A DNA stretch of 64,000 nucleotides from Myxococcota bacterium (GCA_039028615.1 JBCCHT010000016.1:128001-192000); one strand, 5' to 3'; counted from the first letter of the stretch, positions 1 to 9,268 are shown. Made by a program: numbers and translations. Notes: generated by a model not told the origin, from the letters alone.

Positions 1-544
1 GCTCGGCGTCGGGAGGCGTGGGGTGGACCATCTTGATGACGTCGGCGAGCGAGGGGCTGGTGCCCACGCTGGCGCGCAGCAGGGCCGAGGCGGAGCGGTC
101 ACCAAGCCAGCGCTTGACCAGTCGCTTGGGGCGGCTACCGAGCGAGCGTCGGCCGGTCACGCCGCTGCGGAGGATCTGCACGAAGTTGCGCAGCATCTTG
201 CCGTTGTCACAGACCCGGTCGAAGGCCGGCTCGAGCCAGTCGCTGCCGCGGCTGGCCAACACGGCCAAGAGCAACGCGGGCATGTCCTTCATGTGCGCCT
301 TGGTCCGAGCGTAGATCGCCGTGCGAGCGATGAACGTATCGTCGATATCCTTGGTCAGCGCGAGCACCTCGTCGAGCTGATCGGCCTGCGAGGAGTAGTA
401 GGTGTTGCCGAAGCAGCCCGTCGCGGCGTACTGCGCCAGCGCATGCTCGCTGTCGAGCCGGTAGGCCTTGCCACCGGCCTGGTTGATGGTGTTGGCGGCG
501 GGGACTCGGCGGGCAGCGGAAGAGAACAGGTGCTTGTTGGCCAT
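1..544 (-). CDS. rsr: TROVE-domain (Ro60/Rsr-like) RNA-binding protein, N-terminal part; truncated by window edge, not in ORF track
   Basis: Manual translation from ATG at 544: MANKHLFSSAARRVPAANTINQAGGKAYRLDSEHALAQYAATGCFGNTYY...ARTAIYARTKAHMKDMPALLLAVL...DNGKMLRNFVQILRSGVTGRRSLGSRPKRLV...SLADVIKMVHP. Typical of bacterial TROVE proteins; next to rtcR/rtcB/rtcA. Confidence 0.85.
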   Translation of the reverse strand, partial: MANKHLFSSAARRVPAANTINQAGGKAYRLDSEHALAQYAATGCFGNTYYSSQADQLDEVLALTKDIDDTFIARTAIYARTKAHMKDMPALLLAVLASRGSDWLEPAFDRVCDNGKMLRNFVQILRSGVTGRRSLGSRPKRLVKRWLGDRSASALLRASVGTSPSLADVIKMVHPTPPDAE

Positions 545-594
545 GATGGGCTCCGTTTCATGCCGCCGATGGGGCGGCCGACGCAGAGTTATTG

Positions 595-610
595 AGCACG
601 CACCGGGCCA
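595..610 (-). promoter_or_regulatory. Putative sigma54 (-24/-12) promoter of the TROVE gene
   Basis: Minus strand TGGCCCGGTGCGTGCT = GG-N10-GC, 50 nt upstream of the TROVE ATG; an RtcR activator gene is adjacent. Confidence 0.7.
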
Positions 611-750
611 ACCGACGCCGAGTCTCGTCGGGTCGGGGCTATTTTCTAGTGATTACGGACCATTATGGGGTTCTGGAGAGTTCGCGTGGGCCGAGCGTTG
701 TCGGTCTATTCATATCTATCTGTATCGCTTCGTATTGAACTGGAGCGCAG

Positions 751-2364
751 CTAGTCGCGAGGTAGATCCTTCCATTTCAGGTCGTACTTCGCCAGGTACT
801 TGCGCAGCCGGTCCGCGTCGTTGACCGAAGTTCGAGCTCGACGCGACGCCGCAAAGAGGGTGCGGCCCGCCTCCGACAGGGTGCGGCTGCGTCGGCAGAC
901 CCGGAGCACTGCCGCCAGCTGTACTCGATCGAACAGGTCCAGATCATCGAACGCATCCGAGCCCAGGGCCTCGTCGATGAGCTCCCGGTCGCCGCTGTCG
1001 GCTTGCCCGCGATTCCAGCTCTTCTCGAGCCGTGCGCGCTCGGCCTCGACGACGCTGCGGTTGATTCGCCCGCCCGGCGCGAGCGTGGCCATGCGTTCCA
1101 CCGCGGCCGAAAAGTCCCGGAAGTTGCCCTTCCAGGCGGCGGCGGGCGAGGTGGCAAAGCGCAAGAAGGTCTGCCGGGCCTCCTTGTTGAAGGTGACGCG
1201 AGCGTTTTCTCGGGCGGCGTAGCGGGACAGCTCGTACTCGAGGTTGGGGGCGATGTCCTCGGGCCGCCGGGCGAGCCCCGGAAGCTCGAAGCTCCACAGG
1301 TTGATCCGTGCCAGCAGATCCTCGCGGAAGCGGCCCTTGTCCACCGCCTCGCCCAGGTCGCGGTTGGTGCCCGCGATGAGCTGGAAGTCGCTGTCGACCT
1401 CGCGATCGCTGCCCACGGGGAGGAAGCGCTTGTCCTCGATGGCTCGCAGCAGCATGGCCTGTTCATCGAGGCCGAGTTCGCCGATCTCGTCGAGAAAGAG
1501 CACGCCATCGTCGGCGCTGCGCAGCACACCCGGTCGGTCCTTCACCGCGCCCGTGAAGGCTCCCTTGGCGTGGCCGAAGAGCATCGACATGGCCTGGTCG
1601 CCCCGGAGCGTGGCGCAGTTGATCTCCACGAATTTGCCGCGAACCTGCTTGCGTTGGCTCTTGAGATCGAAAATCCGCCGCGCCAGCCGGGTCTTGCCCG
1701 CCCCCGTCGGCCCGGTGAGCAGCACGGGGGAGCGCGAGCCGATGGCCACGTGCTCGATCTGGGCGATCAGCTCGTTGAAGGCCTTGTTCTTGGTGTCGAT
1801 GCCTGCCTTGAGGAACGACAGCCCCTCGCGCTGGTCCTGGCGAAAGCGCGAGGCGATCTGGTCGTACTTGCTGAGGTCGAGGTCGATGATGCGAAAGGTG
1901 CCCGGCCCGTCGGCGTTGGTGCGCCCGCCCGGCGGCGAGCTCTGGATCAGCCGGGCCGGCAGCTCGCGCGACTCGGTGAGCAAGAACCAGCAGATCTGCG
2001 CCACGTGGGTGCCCGTGGTGATGTGCACGAGGTAGTCCTCGGAGGTGCGGAAGCGATACGCTCGGGTAAAGTCGAGCAGCGCGGCGTAGACCTCCTCGAA
2101 GTCCCAGGGGTCCTCGAACTCCAGCTGGTGGTGTCGAACCTCCGTCTCGGGCGAGATCTGGGCGATGTCCTCGGCAACGGTATCGGCCAGGCGCGTGAAC
2201 TGGGACTGACCGAGCAGCTCGAAGCGCGAGACCAACAAGTCCTCGTGGCGGCATACATCGACGGTGGGGCGCCACCGATTCCAACGCTTCGCACCACGGC
2301 CGGCATCGAGGGTAGGACCGAGCAGGCCGAGCACGACGACCGGTTTGGGGCTTCGGGACGCCAT
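751..2364 (-). CDS. rtcR: RNA repair transcriptional activator RtcR (CARF-like N-terminus, sigma54 AAA+ domain, HTH)
   Basis: N-terminal RWNRWRPTV, DPWDFEEVY, HITTGTHVAQIC; Walker A GPTGAGKT; GAFTGA; FLDEIGE; C-terminal NDADRLRKYL; divergent from rtcBA. Confidence 0.95.
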   Translation of the reverse strand: MASRSPKPVVVLGLLGPTLDAGRGAKRWNRWRPTVDVCRHEDLLVSRFELLGQSQFTRLADTVAEDIAQISPETEVRHHQLEFEDPWDFEEVYAALLDFTRAYRFRTSEDYLVHITTGTHVAQICWFLLTESRELPARLIQSSPPGGRTNADGPGTFRIIDLDLSKYDQIASRFRQDQREGLSFLKAGIDTKNKAFNELIAQIEHVAIGSRSPVLLTGPTGAGKTRLARRIFDLKSQRKQVRGKFVEINCATLRGDQAMSMLFGHAKGAFTGAVKDRPGVLRSADDGVLFLDEIGELGLDEQAMLLRAIEDKRFLPVGSDREVDSDFQLIAGTNRDLGEAVDKGRFREDLLARINLWSFELPGLARRPEDIAPNLEYELSRYAARENARVTFNKEARQTFLRFATSPAAAWKGNFRDFSAAVERMATLAPGGRINRSVVEAERARLEKSWNRGQADSGDRELIDEALGSDAFDDLDLFDRVQLAAVLRVCRRSRTLSEAGRTLFAASRRARTSVNDADRLRKYLAKYDLKWKDLPRD

Positions 2365-2373
2365 GCCCGAGTA

Positions 2374-2389
2374 TTATCCATTTCGATAA
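2374..2389. promoter_or_regulatory. Palindrome TTATC-N6-GATAA, candidate RtcR upstream activating sequence
   Basis: AT-rich inverted repeat in the rtcR-rtcB intergenic region, about 70 nt upstream of the sigma54 promoter. Function is inferred. Confidence 0.45.
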
Positions 2390-2431
2390 ATTACGGTATG
2401 GAGAGATATGGGAGGGGCTCGGGCGATTATC

Positions 2432-2444
2432 TAAGTATTTGAAA
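2432..2444. promoter_or_regulatory. IHF-like site
   Basis: Reverse complement TTTCAA-ATAC-TTA is one mismatch from WATCAA-N4-TTR; lies between the candidate UAS and the sigma54 promoter. Confidence 0.45.
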
Positions 2445-2461
2445 ATACTCGAAGGGAGGCG

Positions 2462-2477
2462 TGGCTCGGGTCCTGCT
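2462..2477 (+). promoter_or_regulatory. sigma54 (-24/-12) promoter of rtcBA
   Basis: TGGCTCGGGTCCTGCT = GG-N10-GC, about 35 nt upstream of the rtcB ATG. Confidence 0.75.
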
Positions 2478-2510
2478 CTTAGTTCGGGTGTCCCACGGAC
2501 CAAGGAACCG

Positions 2511-3761
2511 ATGATGGAGACCCAGACCAAGACCCCGACCCAGTACAAGGTGATGAGCGAGACCGGCGGTGTGCCCGTGAAGCACTGGACCCGCGGCGTG
2601 CCGGTCGAAGACGCGGCCCTGCGCCAGCTGTCGAACCTGGCCCGGCTGCCCTTCATCCACCGCTGGGTCGCCGCCATGCCGGACGTGCACGTCGGCGTCG
2701 GTGCGACCATCGGCAGCGTCGTGCCGACCAAGGGCGCGATCATTCCCGCGGCGGTCGGCGTGGATCTCGGCTGCGGCATGATGGCGGTGCGGACCTCCCT
2801 GCGGGCCGCGGACCTGCCCGACTCGCTCGGTCACGTGCGGGCGGCCATCGAGGCCGCGGTCCCGCACGGCCGTAGCGGCGACCGTCGTCGCCGGGATCGC
2901 GGTGCATGGGGGACCCCGCCCACCGCGGTCGCCAAGGCCTGGACCGACACGCTGGCGACTCGCTTCGACGCCATCACGACCAAGCACCCCAAGATCCGAC
3001 AGAGCAACAACCTCGTGCACCTGGGCACCCTCGGTACGGGCAACCACTTCATCGAGCTGTGCCTCGACCAGGCCGATCGCGTGTGGGTGATGTTGCATAG
3101 CGGCTCGCGCGGCGTCGGAAACCGCATCGGCAGCTACTTCATCTCGAAGGCCAAGGAGGACATGAAGCGATGGTTCGTGAACCTGCCCGATGCCAACCTG
3201 GCCTACTTCCCCGAGGGCACCAGCCACTTCGAGGACTACTGCGAGGCGGTGACCTGGGCGCAGGACTTCGCGCGGACCAACCGCGAGCTGATGATGGCGG
3301 CCACGCTGCAGGCGCTCCAGCAGGTGTCTTCGTTGCCCCCGTTCACGGCCGATCTCGAGGCGGTGAACTGTCACCACAACTACGTCGCGCGCGAGCGCCA
3401 CTTCGGTGCCGACGTCTGGGTGACCCGCAAGGGCGCGGTTCGGGCCGGCGAAGGCGAGCTGGGGATCATCCCCGGCAGCATGGGCACGCGCTCGTATATC
3501 GTCCGCGGTAAGGGTAACCGCGACAGCTTCTGCTCGTGCAGCCATGGTGCGGGCCGCAAGATGTCGCGGACGGAGGCCAAGCGCCGGTTCACGCTCGAGG
3601 ATCACATCGAGGCCACCAAGGACGTGGAGTGCCGCAAGGATGAGGCCGTGATCGACGAGACGCCCGGCGCGTACAAGTCCATCGACGACGTGATGAAGGC
3701 GCAGTCCGACCTCGTCGACATCGAGCATACGCTCCGCCAGGTCGTGTGCGTGAAGGGTTAG
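2511..3761 (+). CDS. rtcB: RtcB RNA ligase (3'-phosphate/5'-OH)
   Basis: MPDVHVGVGATIGSV, VGVDLGCGM, LGTLGTGNHFIE, MLHSGSRG, NCHHNY, IPGSMG, SHGAGR, DETPGAYK. AAGGA RBS before ATGATG at 2511, so the start is moved from 2439. Confidence 0.97.
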   Translation: MMETQTKTPTQYKVMSETGGVPVKHWTRGVPVEDAALRQLSNLARLPFIHRWVAAMPDVHVGVGATIGSVVPTKGAIIPAAVGVDLGCGMMAVRTSLRAADLPDSLGHVRAAIEAAVPHGRSGDRRRRDRGAWGTPPTAVAKAWTDTLATRFDAITTKHPKIRQSNNLVHLGTLGTGNHFIELCLDQADRVWVMLHSGSRGVGNRIGSYFISKAKEDMKRWFVNLPDANLAYFPEGTSHFEDYCEAVTWAQDFARTNRELMMAATLQALQQVSSLPPFTADLEAVNCHHNYVARERHFGADVWVTRKGAVRAGEGELGIIPGSMGTRSYIVRGKGNRDSFCSCSHGAGRKMSRTEAKRRFTLEDHIEATKDVECRKDEAVIDETPGAYKSIDDVMKAQSDLVDIEHTLRQVVCVKG

Positions 3762-3762
3762 G

Positions 3763-4815
3763 ATGACCACGATGAGCCAGACTGCAATCGTCGTCGACGG
3801 CTCCGAGGGGGAGGGCGGAGGGCAGATCCTCCGCTCTTCCCTCGCGTTGTCGCTCGTGACCGGGACGCCGCTTCAGATCCGCGAGATCCGGGCGCGGCGA
3901 CGCAAGCCCGGGCTGATGCGCCAGCACCTCACCGCGGTTCGAGCCGCGGCCGAGGTCGGCGGGGCCACGGTCGAGGGGGACGAGCTGCGTTCGCTTCGGC
4001 TGAGCTTTTCGCCCGGCACGGTGAAGGCCGGGGAGTATCGGTTCTCGGTCGGCACTGCGGGCAGCATCACCCTGGTGCTCCAGACGGTGCTCTGGCCGCT
4101 GCTGCTCGCCGAGGGGCGCTCGACCGTGGTGCTCGAAGGCGGCACCCACAATCCCATGGCGCCACCCTTCGACCACGTGCAGCGGAGCTTGCTCCCGCTG
4201 CTGCGGCGAATGGGGGCCAGCGTCGAGCTCGAGCTGCGGCGTCCGGGGTTCTATCCCGCAGGTGGAGGCTGCATGATCGCGACGATCGACGGTGGTCGTT
4301 CTTTGTCGCGACTCGACTGCCTCGAGCGGGGGTCGCTCCAGGGCGTTGTCGCGCGAGCCCAGGTCTCGGAGCTGCCCGTGTCCATCGCGCGACGGGAGCT
4401 CGCGGTCGTGCACGAGCGACTGGGCTGGACGCAGCGGGAGCTTCACGTCGAGCGCATCGATGCGCGGGGTCCCGGCAACGTGCTGATGCTCGAAGTGACC
4501 CACGAAGGTGGCACCACCGTGGTCTCTTCGTTCGGGGCCAAGGGCGTCACCGCGGAGCAAGTCGCCGAAAACGGCATCGCCGAGCTCGATCGCTTCCTCG
4601 CGGCGCAAGTCCCGATCGACTCCCACTTGGCCGATCAGCTGCTCATCCCCATGGCGCTCACGGGCGGAGGGAGCATGCGCAGCACCAAGCCCACCATGCA
4701 CACACGAAGCAACGCGGCGCTGATCGAGCGGTGGCTGCCGGTCTCCATCGGGTTCACCGAGCAGGCCTGCGGGGCGTGGCAGATCGAGGTGGCGCCGCGC
4801 GGCGCCACGAAGTGA
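3763..4815 (+). CDS. rtcA: RNA 3'-terminal phosphate cyclase
   Basis: DGSEGEGGGQILRSSL, PGLMRQHL, TAGSITLVLQ, GGTHNPMAP, GFYPAGGG, HLADQL; 1 nt after the rtcB stop. Confidence 0.95.
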   Translation: MTTMSQTAIVVDGSEGEGGGQILRSSLALSLVTGTPLQIREIRARRRKPGLMRQHLTAVRAAAEVGGATVEGDELRSLRLSFSPGTVKAGEYRFSVGTAGSITLVLQTVLWPLLLAEGRSTVVLEGGTHNPMAPPFDHVQRSLLPLLRRMGASVELELRRPGFYPAGGGCMIATIDGGRSLSRLDCLERGSLQGVVARAQVSELPVSIARRELAVVHERLGWTQRELHVERIDARGPGNVLMLEVTHEGGTTVVSSFGAKGVTAEQVAENGIAELDRFLAAQVPIDSHLADQLLIPMALTGGGSMRSTKPTMHTRSNAALIERWLPVSIGFTEQACGAWQIEVAPRGATK

Positions 4816-4836
4816 GCTAGGGCCCCGACCCCAGGC

Positions 4837-5649
4837 TCAGCGACACTCGGCCCGGCACGCCTTCAGAGCGGCCGGGTCGAACGGGGCATCGGCGAGCTCG
4901 ATGGTCTCGGGCACGGCGCACTGCAGATCGCAGGGCATGGTGCGTCGGCGCGGCCGAAGCTCGCGAGGGTCACCCTCGCGCCGCCCCTCGAGCACGCCGT
5001 ATTGCCCCGATTTTTTCCACTGGGCGCCGCGCTGCTGCCAGCTGCCGACCAGGCGCTCTCCATCGAGCGCGAACACGAAGCGCTTGGGCGTGCCGACGCC
5101 CGACTCGCTGCGTGCATCGAAGGACCCGGCGAAGCCGAAGGCCTGGGCGTCCTCGCCCCGCTCCAGCGGGGCCGTGCCCCGCTGCTTGCGAGCGTCGGTC
5201 AGCTCCTCCGCGCCCGTGCGTCCCACCTTGGTGAGCGAGGCCTCGGCTTTGCAAGCGTCGACCTCGATCTCGATCTCGTAGTAGCCCCGCATGCCGCGGC
5301 GCTTCTTGTTGCGGGCCCCGGTCGTCACCGTGGTGAAGACCCACTGCCCCTTCAGGGCGTCGAGCTCGGGGCACGCCGAGGACGAGCCGTCGGAGGCCTT
5401 GCCGCTGTCGGCTGTCTCGTCCGTGCTCGAGTCGGAGCTCGCGAGCATCACTCCGACGCCGATACCCGCGAGGACCAGGACCCCCGCTGCGATGCCCATC
5501 CACAACCGAGTGGCGCCTGGTTCGGCCGGCGTCGGCCCGGGCGTGGGTTCGGGCTTGGGCGGTGCGGCCTGCGGCGCCGAGCCGCATTCTCTACACGTGG
5601 TGGCTCCCGCTTCCCATCGGGCCCCGCATAGTTCGCATCGTGCGTCCAC
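4837..5649 (-). CDS. Hypothetical membrane protein with N-terminal zinc-ribbon-like motif
   Basis: CELCG...CRECG, Pro-rich linker, one TM segment, then a periplasmic domain. GTG start is uncertain. Confidence 0.65.
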   Translation of the reverse strand: MDARCELCGARWEAGATTCRECGSAPQAAPPKPEPTPGPTPAEPGATRLWMGIAAGVLVLAGIGVGVMLASSDSSTDETADSGKASDGSSSACPELDALKGQWVFTTVTTGARNKKRRGMRGYYEIEIEVDACKAEASLTKVGRTGAEELTDARKQRGTAPLERGEDAQAFGFAGSFDARSESGVGTPKRFVFALDGERLVGSWQQRGAQWKKSGQYGVLEGRREGDPRELRPRRRTMPCDLQCAVPETIELADAPFDPAALKACRAECR

Positions 5650-5750
5650 GGTGAGGGCAAGGGTAATCGACCCCGCTCGCCGACCCAAGGACTGCCGCGG
5701 TCAGGCGCCGACCCCAACTCACGGATCGGCCATTGCCATCGAGCGGCCGG

Positions 5751-6260
5751 CTACACCAAGCGGATCCCGTAGTCGGATCGCAGCTGATGCAGGGGCACGT
5801 CGAGCTTGGACTCCCACTCGTGCAGGACCCACTTGCGGGTCATCTTGCGGCCCATCCACATGGCCTTGAGCACCCGGGGGACGGAGCGGAGCGACGCCAC
5901 GAAGAGTTTCCAGTAGCCGATCTCCGCGATGAACTCCTTGAAAAACTGCTTTTGTGCGTCGCTGCGGAAGTACGACAGAAGCTCGCTCAACTTGGCGTCG
6001 GTGCCGACGAGGGTCCAGGTGTCGGCGAGGGTCTCGTCGCCCAGCGAGGTGTCGAGCCCGAACAGCACGTGGCATGCATCATGAGCGGCGAAGAAGGGGC
6101 CGAGGTCGCCGAGCTTCGCTTCGATCTCCTCTGGGTCGAACAGGTCGGGGTTTGCAGCGTGATACTCGGCCAGCCCCTCGCGCAGCGTCTGCGTCGAGCT
6201 CGGGTCTTGGTATCGGCATCGCGTGCGCAGGGCCGATGCGGGGGCATGCACCATCTCCAT
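5751..6260 (-). CDS. Coq4-like (HDxxH-x-E) hypothetical protein
   Basis: HDACHVLFGLDTSLGDE resembles the Coq4 metal-binding motif; C-terminal LHQLRSDYGI is also Coq4-like. Confidence 0.6.
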   Translation of the reverse strand: MEMVHAPASALRTRCRYQDPSSTQTLREGLAEYHAANPDLFDPEEIEAKLGDLGPFFAAHDACHVLFGLDTSLGDETLADTWTLVGTDAKLSELLSYFRSDAQKQFFKEFIAEIGYWKLFVASLRSVPRVLKAMWMGRKMTRKWVLHEWESKLDVPLHQLRSDYGIRLV

Positions 6261-6292
6261 CAAATCGTTCTCGTCTTTCTCGGCGGTGTTTC

Positions 6293-6330
6293 AGACCACC
6301 TGGTCTAATCTTAAGACCAGGCGGTCTAAT
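6293..6330. promoter_or_regulatory. Tandem TetR-type operators AGACC-N4-GGTCT (x2)
   Basis: AGACCACCTGGTCTAAT (6293-6309) and AGACCAGGCGGTCTAAT (6314-6330), 21-bp period, in an AT-rich divergent intergenic region. Confidence 0.65.
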
Positions 6331-6481
6331 TTCAACTCGTTTGAAGGCGAGAATCCATTTTGGTGTTTGATTTCAGATATTTGTGGTCAGTTTGTGAGCT
6401 GGGCCGGCGAGCGGTGACGTCGGGGTGCGCAATGTACGTCTGCAACCCCGGTTCGCAGCGGACGTCGTTGGTGTCGGACTC

Positions 6482-7942
6482 ATGAACGGCTTCGTCTATC
6501 GCTCGATTTTCGCCTCGATGTTGGCCTCGCTCGCGGTGGGCTGCGTGGACGAACCCATGCAGCCGCGCCCCGCGGACGGGCCTGCCGATGGCGAGGAGAT
6601 GACCACCGGGATCACGACGTTCTCGACCATGACCGACCCGACCAACGGTGACGTCACTGCGAGCGCGGGTGACGAGGACTCGGGCACGGACGGAGGCACG
6701 GACGAGGGCGACGACGAGTCGACCACCAGCGGGAGCGACGAGAGCGGAGACGAGGGCGACGACGAGACCGGGACGGACACCGCCGAGGTCGAGGACGACA
6801 CGATCTACGAGATCCAAGACGGCACGATCCCCTCGGGCACCGAGGTCGACGTGCGCGGCGTGATCGTCACGGGCGTGGCCAACAGCGGCTTCTTCGTGCA
6901 GGAGCCCTTTGGCGGCGAGTACGGCGGCGTCTATGTCTACACCGAGACCCCGCCGACCGTGCTCGTCGGCGACGAGGTCGACCTGCGGGGCATCGCCGCC
7001 GAGTTTGGAGAGCTGACCGAGATCGACATCAGCCGCGGCATGGTCAGCCCGACCGGTGTGCAGGACGTCATCCTCAGCCCGGCTCCGATCGCGTTGTCCG
7101 AGATCAGCGGAGGCGCGGGCGAGCCCTGGGAAGGGGTTCTGGTCCGCATCGAAGGCATGCCGCTGTCCGTGGTGGCGCTGCCCGGCTCCTCGGAGTTCGA
7201 CGTCGGCGGAGCGGGGCCGGAGACGGTGCGCATCGACAACTTCCTCTACAACGTGTTCGACGTGCCCGAGACCTACGTGGACTTCGGGGTCGACGCGGGA
7301 TTCATGGCGATCAACGGGCCGCTCAACTTCAACGGGGGCGAGTTCAAGGTCGCTCCGCGGAGCGCCGAAGACCTCGAGGGCTACGTGCCCGGCCCCGGCC
7401 TCGCGGGCACCTCGGTCGAGGACCTCGTCCCCGGCGATCTGGTGATCACCGAGCTGATGTACGACCCGGGCTGCTCCAGCGACACCTGCGAGTGGATCGA
7501 GATCTACAACGCGTCCGGCCTCGAGGTGAACCTGTTCGGGCTACGGATCCAAGACAGCGCGCTGTCCGAGGCCACCCAGGGCGTGATCATGGACGACCTG
7601 TTGCTGGCCGACGGCGAGTACGCGGTGTTGGCTCGCGGTGATGCGGCGGGGTGGCCCTACGCGGTGGCGCCCACCGCCTACTACGGATCCAACCCCGGCC
7701 TGAACAACACGGGTGACTTCGCGGTGTTGGCCAACTCGACCGAGGTTCTCGACCAGACGGCGACGTACCCCAACCTCGGCGCGGCGGACGATGGCATCTC
7801 GTGGAAGCTCGATCCCACGATGATCGACGGGGTCGCCAACGACATGGCCGCCAACTGGTGCCTGTCCACCGTCGTGTTCGACAGCCCCGGGGGCAACGAC
7901 GAGCTCGGCTCGCCGGGGGCGGCGAACGAAGCGGGCTGCTAG
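6482..7942 (+). CDS. Lipoprotein with acidic linker, OB-fold-like domains and lamin-tail domain
   Basis: Lipobox LAVGC; TIYEIQ...VRGVIVTG...GFFVQEP (nuclease-associated OB fold); LTD motif VITELMYDP...EWIEIYN. Confidence 0.75.
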   Translation: MNGFVYRSIFASMLASLAVGCVDEPMQPRPADGPADGEEMTTGITTFSTMTDPTNGDVTASAGDEDSGTDGGTDEGDDESTTSGSDESGDEGDDETGTDTAEVEDDTIYEIQDGTIPSGTEVDVRGVIVTGVANSGFFVQEPFGGEYGGVYVYTETPPTVLVGDEVDLRGIAAEFGELTEIDISRGMVSPTGVQDVILSPAPIALSEISGGAGEPWEGVLVRIEGMPLSVVALPGSSEFDVGGAGPETVRIDNFLYNVFDVPETYVDFGVDAGFMAINGPLNFNGGEFKVAPRSAEDLEGYVPGPGLAGTSVEDLVPGDLVITELMYDPGCSSDTCEWIEIYNASGLEVNLFGLRIQDSALSEATQGVIMDDLLLADGEYAVLARGDAAGWPYAVAPTAYYGSNPGLNNTGDFAVLANSTEVLDQTATYPNLGAADDGISWKLDPTMIDGVANDMAANWCLSTVVFDSPGGNDELGSPGAANEAGC

Positions 7943-7945
7943 GGC

Positions 7946-9172
7946 TCAGGCCGAAGCCGCAGCGTCGACCGGCACAGGCTTGAGCACGCCTGCGCGAAGT
8001 AGTCGGGTCACCAATACGCGCTTCGAGCCTTCGGTGACCGAGTCGGGGAGCTCGTCGACCTCGAAGCTGCCGTCCGCGTCGGCGATGAACTCGAGGGCGG
8101 CCGCCACCTGTCGTGGGGCGCGGATGGTCGCGGCTGGCTCGCTGCCGGGCCAGGCGAAGGAGACATGCTCACCCGTCGTCTCCACCACGCAGTCGATGCC
8201 TTCGCGCTTGCGGACTCGCGTACCGCCATCGACCTCGGTGTGCAGGGCGGTCTGGAGGTCGAGCTGTCCGTCCCGGAGCGGAGCGTCGGGCAGGCGCGTG
8301 CGCTGAATCAGTGCCTCGAGTGCGCTCGCATCGAGGTTCTCGGCACAGCGAGCGAACAGTCGTCGGGCGTGCTCGGCTTGATCGGCCAGATCGAGCGGCA
8401 CCGAGCGACGCAGCTCGGGGTCGGTCTGTGCCATGTCGAAGAGCATGTCCGCCATGACCTCGTGCCATTGCGGGCGGTGGATCCCGATGGTCAGGTGCAG
8501 CGACTGCTCTTGCTGGGCGCTGACGTCGTGCACGGTGCCGCGCGGGAGGTAGAGGAAGTCACCGGGGGAGAGCACCAGATCGTGGGTGGGCTCTGCCTCC
8601 CCGAGCGGCTGCTTGAACACGGCCTTGCGCGGCTTGACGGGCAGCTCTGCGCCCTCGCCGTACAGGCGCCATCGCTTGGTCCCCGCGATCTGCAGGACGA
8701 TCACGTCCATGTAGTCCCAGTGCGGGGCCAGGCCCTGGGTGCCGCCGGGGGTGAGGTAGAAGCCGATGTCGACGCGGGCGCCGAGCGTGCGGCCCAGGTT
8801 GCGGGCGAGCTTGCCCAGCGCGCGGAACTGGTTCTCGATGCGGTAGCCGACCACGGTGTCGCCGGCCAGGTGGCGATCGCGGATCCAGCTGGCGATCGTC
8901 ACTTCGCGCTGTCGGGAGCCGAAGCCCGGGAGCGCGCGGAGGTGGGGTGGAGATTGGCGTTGCCCGTCCCGAAAGACACCGAAGCGATCGTCCGACGACA
9001 AGTAGCCTCGCGTCAGGAGATCGTCGACGTCGTCGAGATCGAAGAGCCCCTCGAAGCGCCCGGTGTCCCCGCTGACATGCAGCGGCGCACGCTCGAGAAA
9101 CTCGTCGACGAAAGTCGCAGCGGTATGCGGAGCGAGGAGGTCGTCGAGATCGAGGGAGTGGGCGTGGCTCAT
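7946..9172 (-). CDS. JmjC/cupin-4 2OG-Fe(II) oxygenase (ribosomal oxygenase-like)
   Basis: YLTPGGTQGLAPHWDYMDVIVLQIAGTKRWRLY (HxD, K) and LSPGDFLYLPRGTVH (distal His); C-terminal winged-helix-like region. Confidence 0.9.
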   Translation of the reverse strand: MSHAHSLDLDDLLAPHTAATFVDEFLERAPLHVSGDTGRFEGLFDLDDVDDLLTRGYLSSDDRFGVFRDGQRQSPPHLRALPGFGSRQREVTIASWIRDRHLAGDTVVGYRIENQFRALGKLARNLGRTLGARVDIGFYLTPGGTQGLAPHWDYMDVIVLQIAGTKRWRLYGEGAELPVKPRKAVFKQPLGEAEPTHDLVLSPGDFLYLPRGTVHDVSAQQEQSLHLTIGIHRPQWHEVMADMLFDMAQTDPELRRSVPLDLADQAEHARRLFARCAENLDASALEALIQRTRLPDAPLRDGQLDLQTALHTEVDGGTRVRKREGIDCVVETTGEHVSFAWPGSEPAATIRAPRQVAAALEFIADADGSFEVDELPDSVTEGSKRVLVTRLLRAGVLKPVPVDAAASA

Positions 9173-9268
9173 CGGGATACGGTGGGGCGGTGACGGAGTC
9201 GTGGGAACGCGTTGTGGGAGAAGTACGGCGCGGTGGCGAACGAGTTGTTCACCACCGCGATCCAGGCG

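Noticed and set aside
545..750. Possible Y RNA or tRNA-like element next to the TROVE gene
   Set aside because: No terminal stem or T-arm-like motif is visible; the space is explained by a sigma54 promoter and AT-rich regulatory sites.
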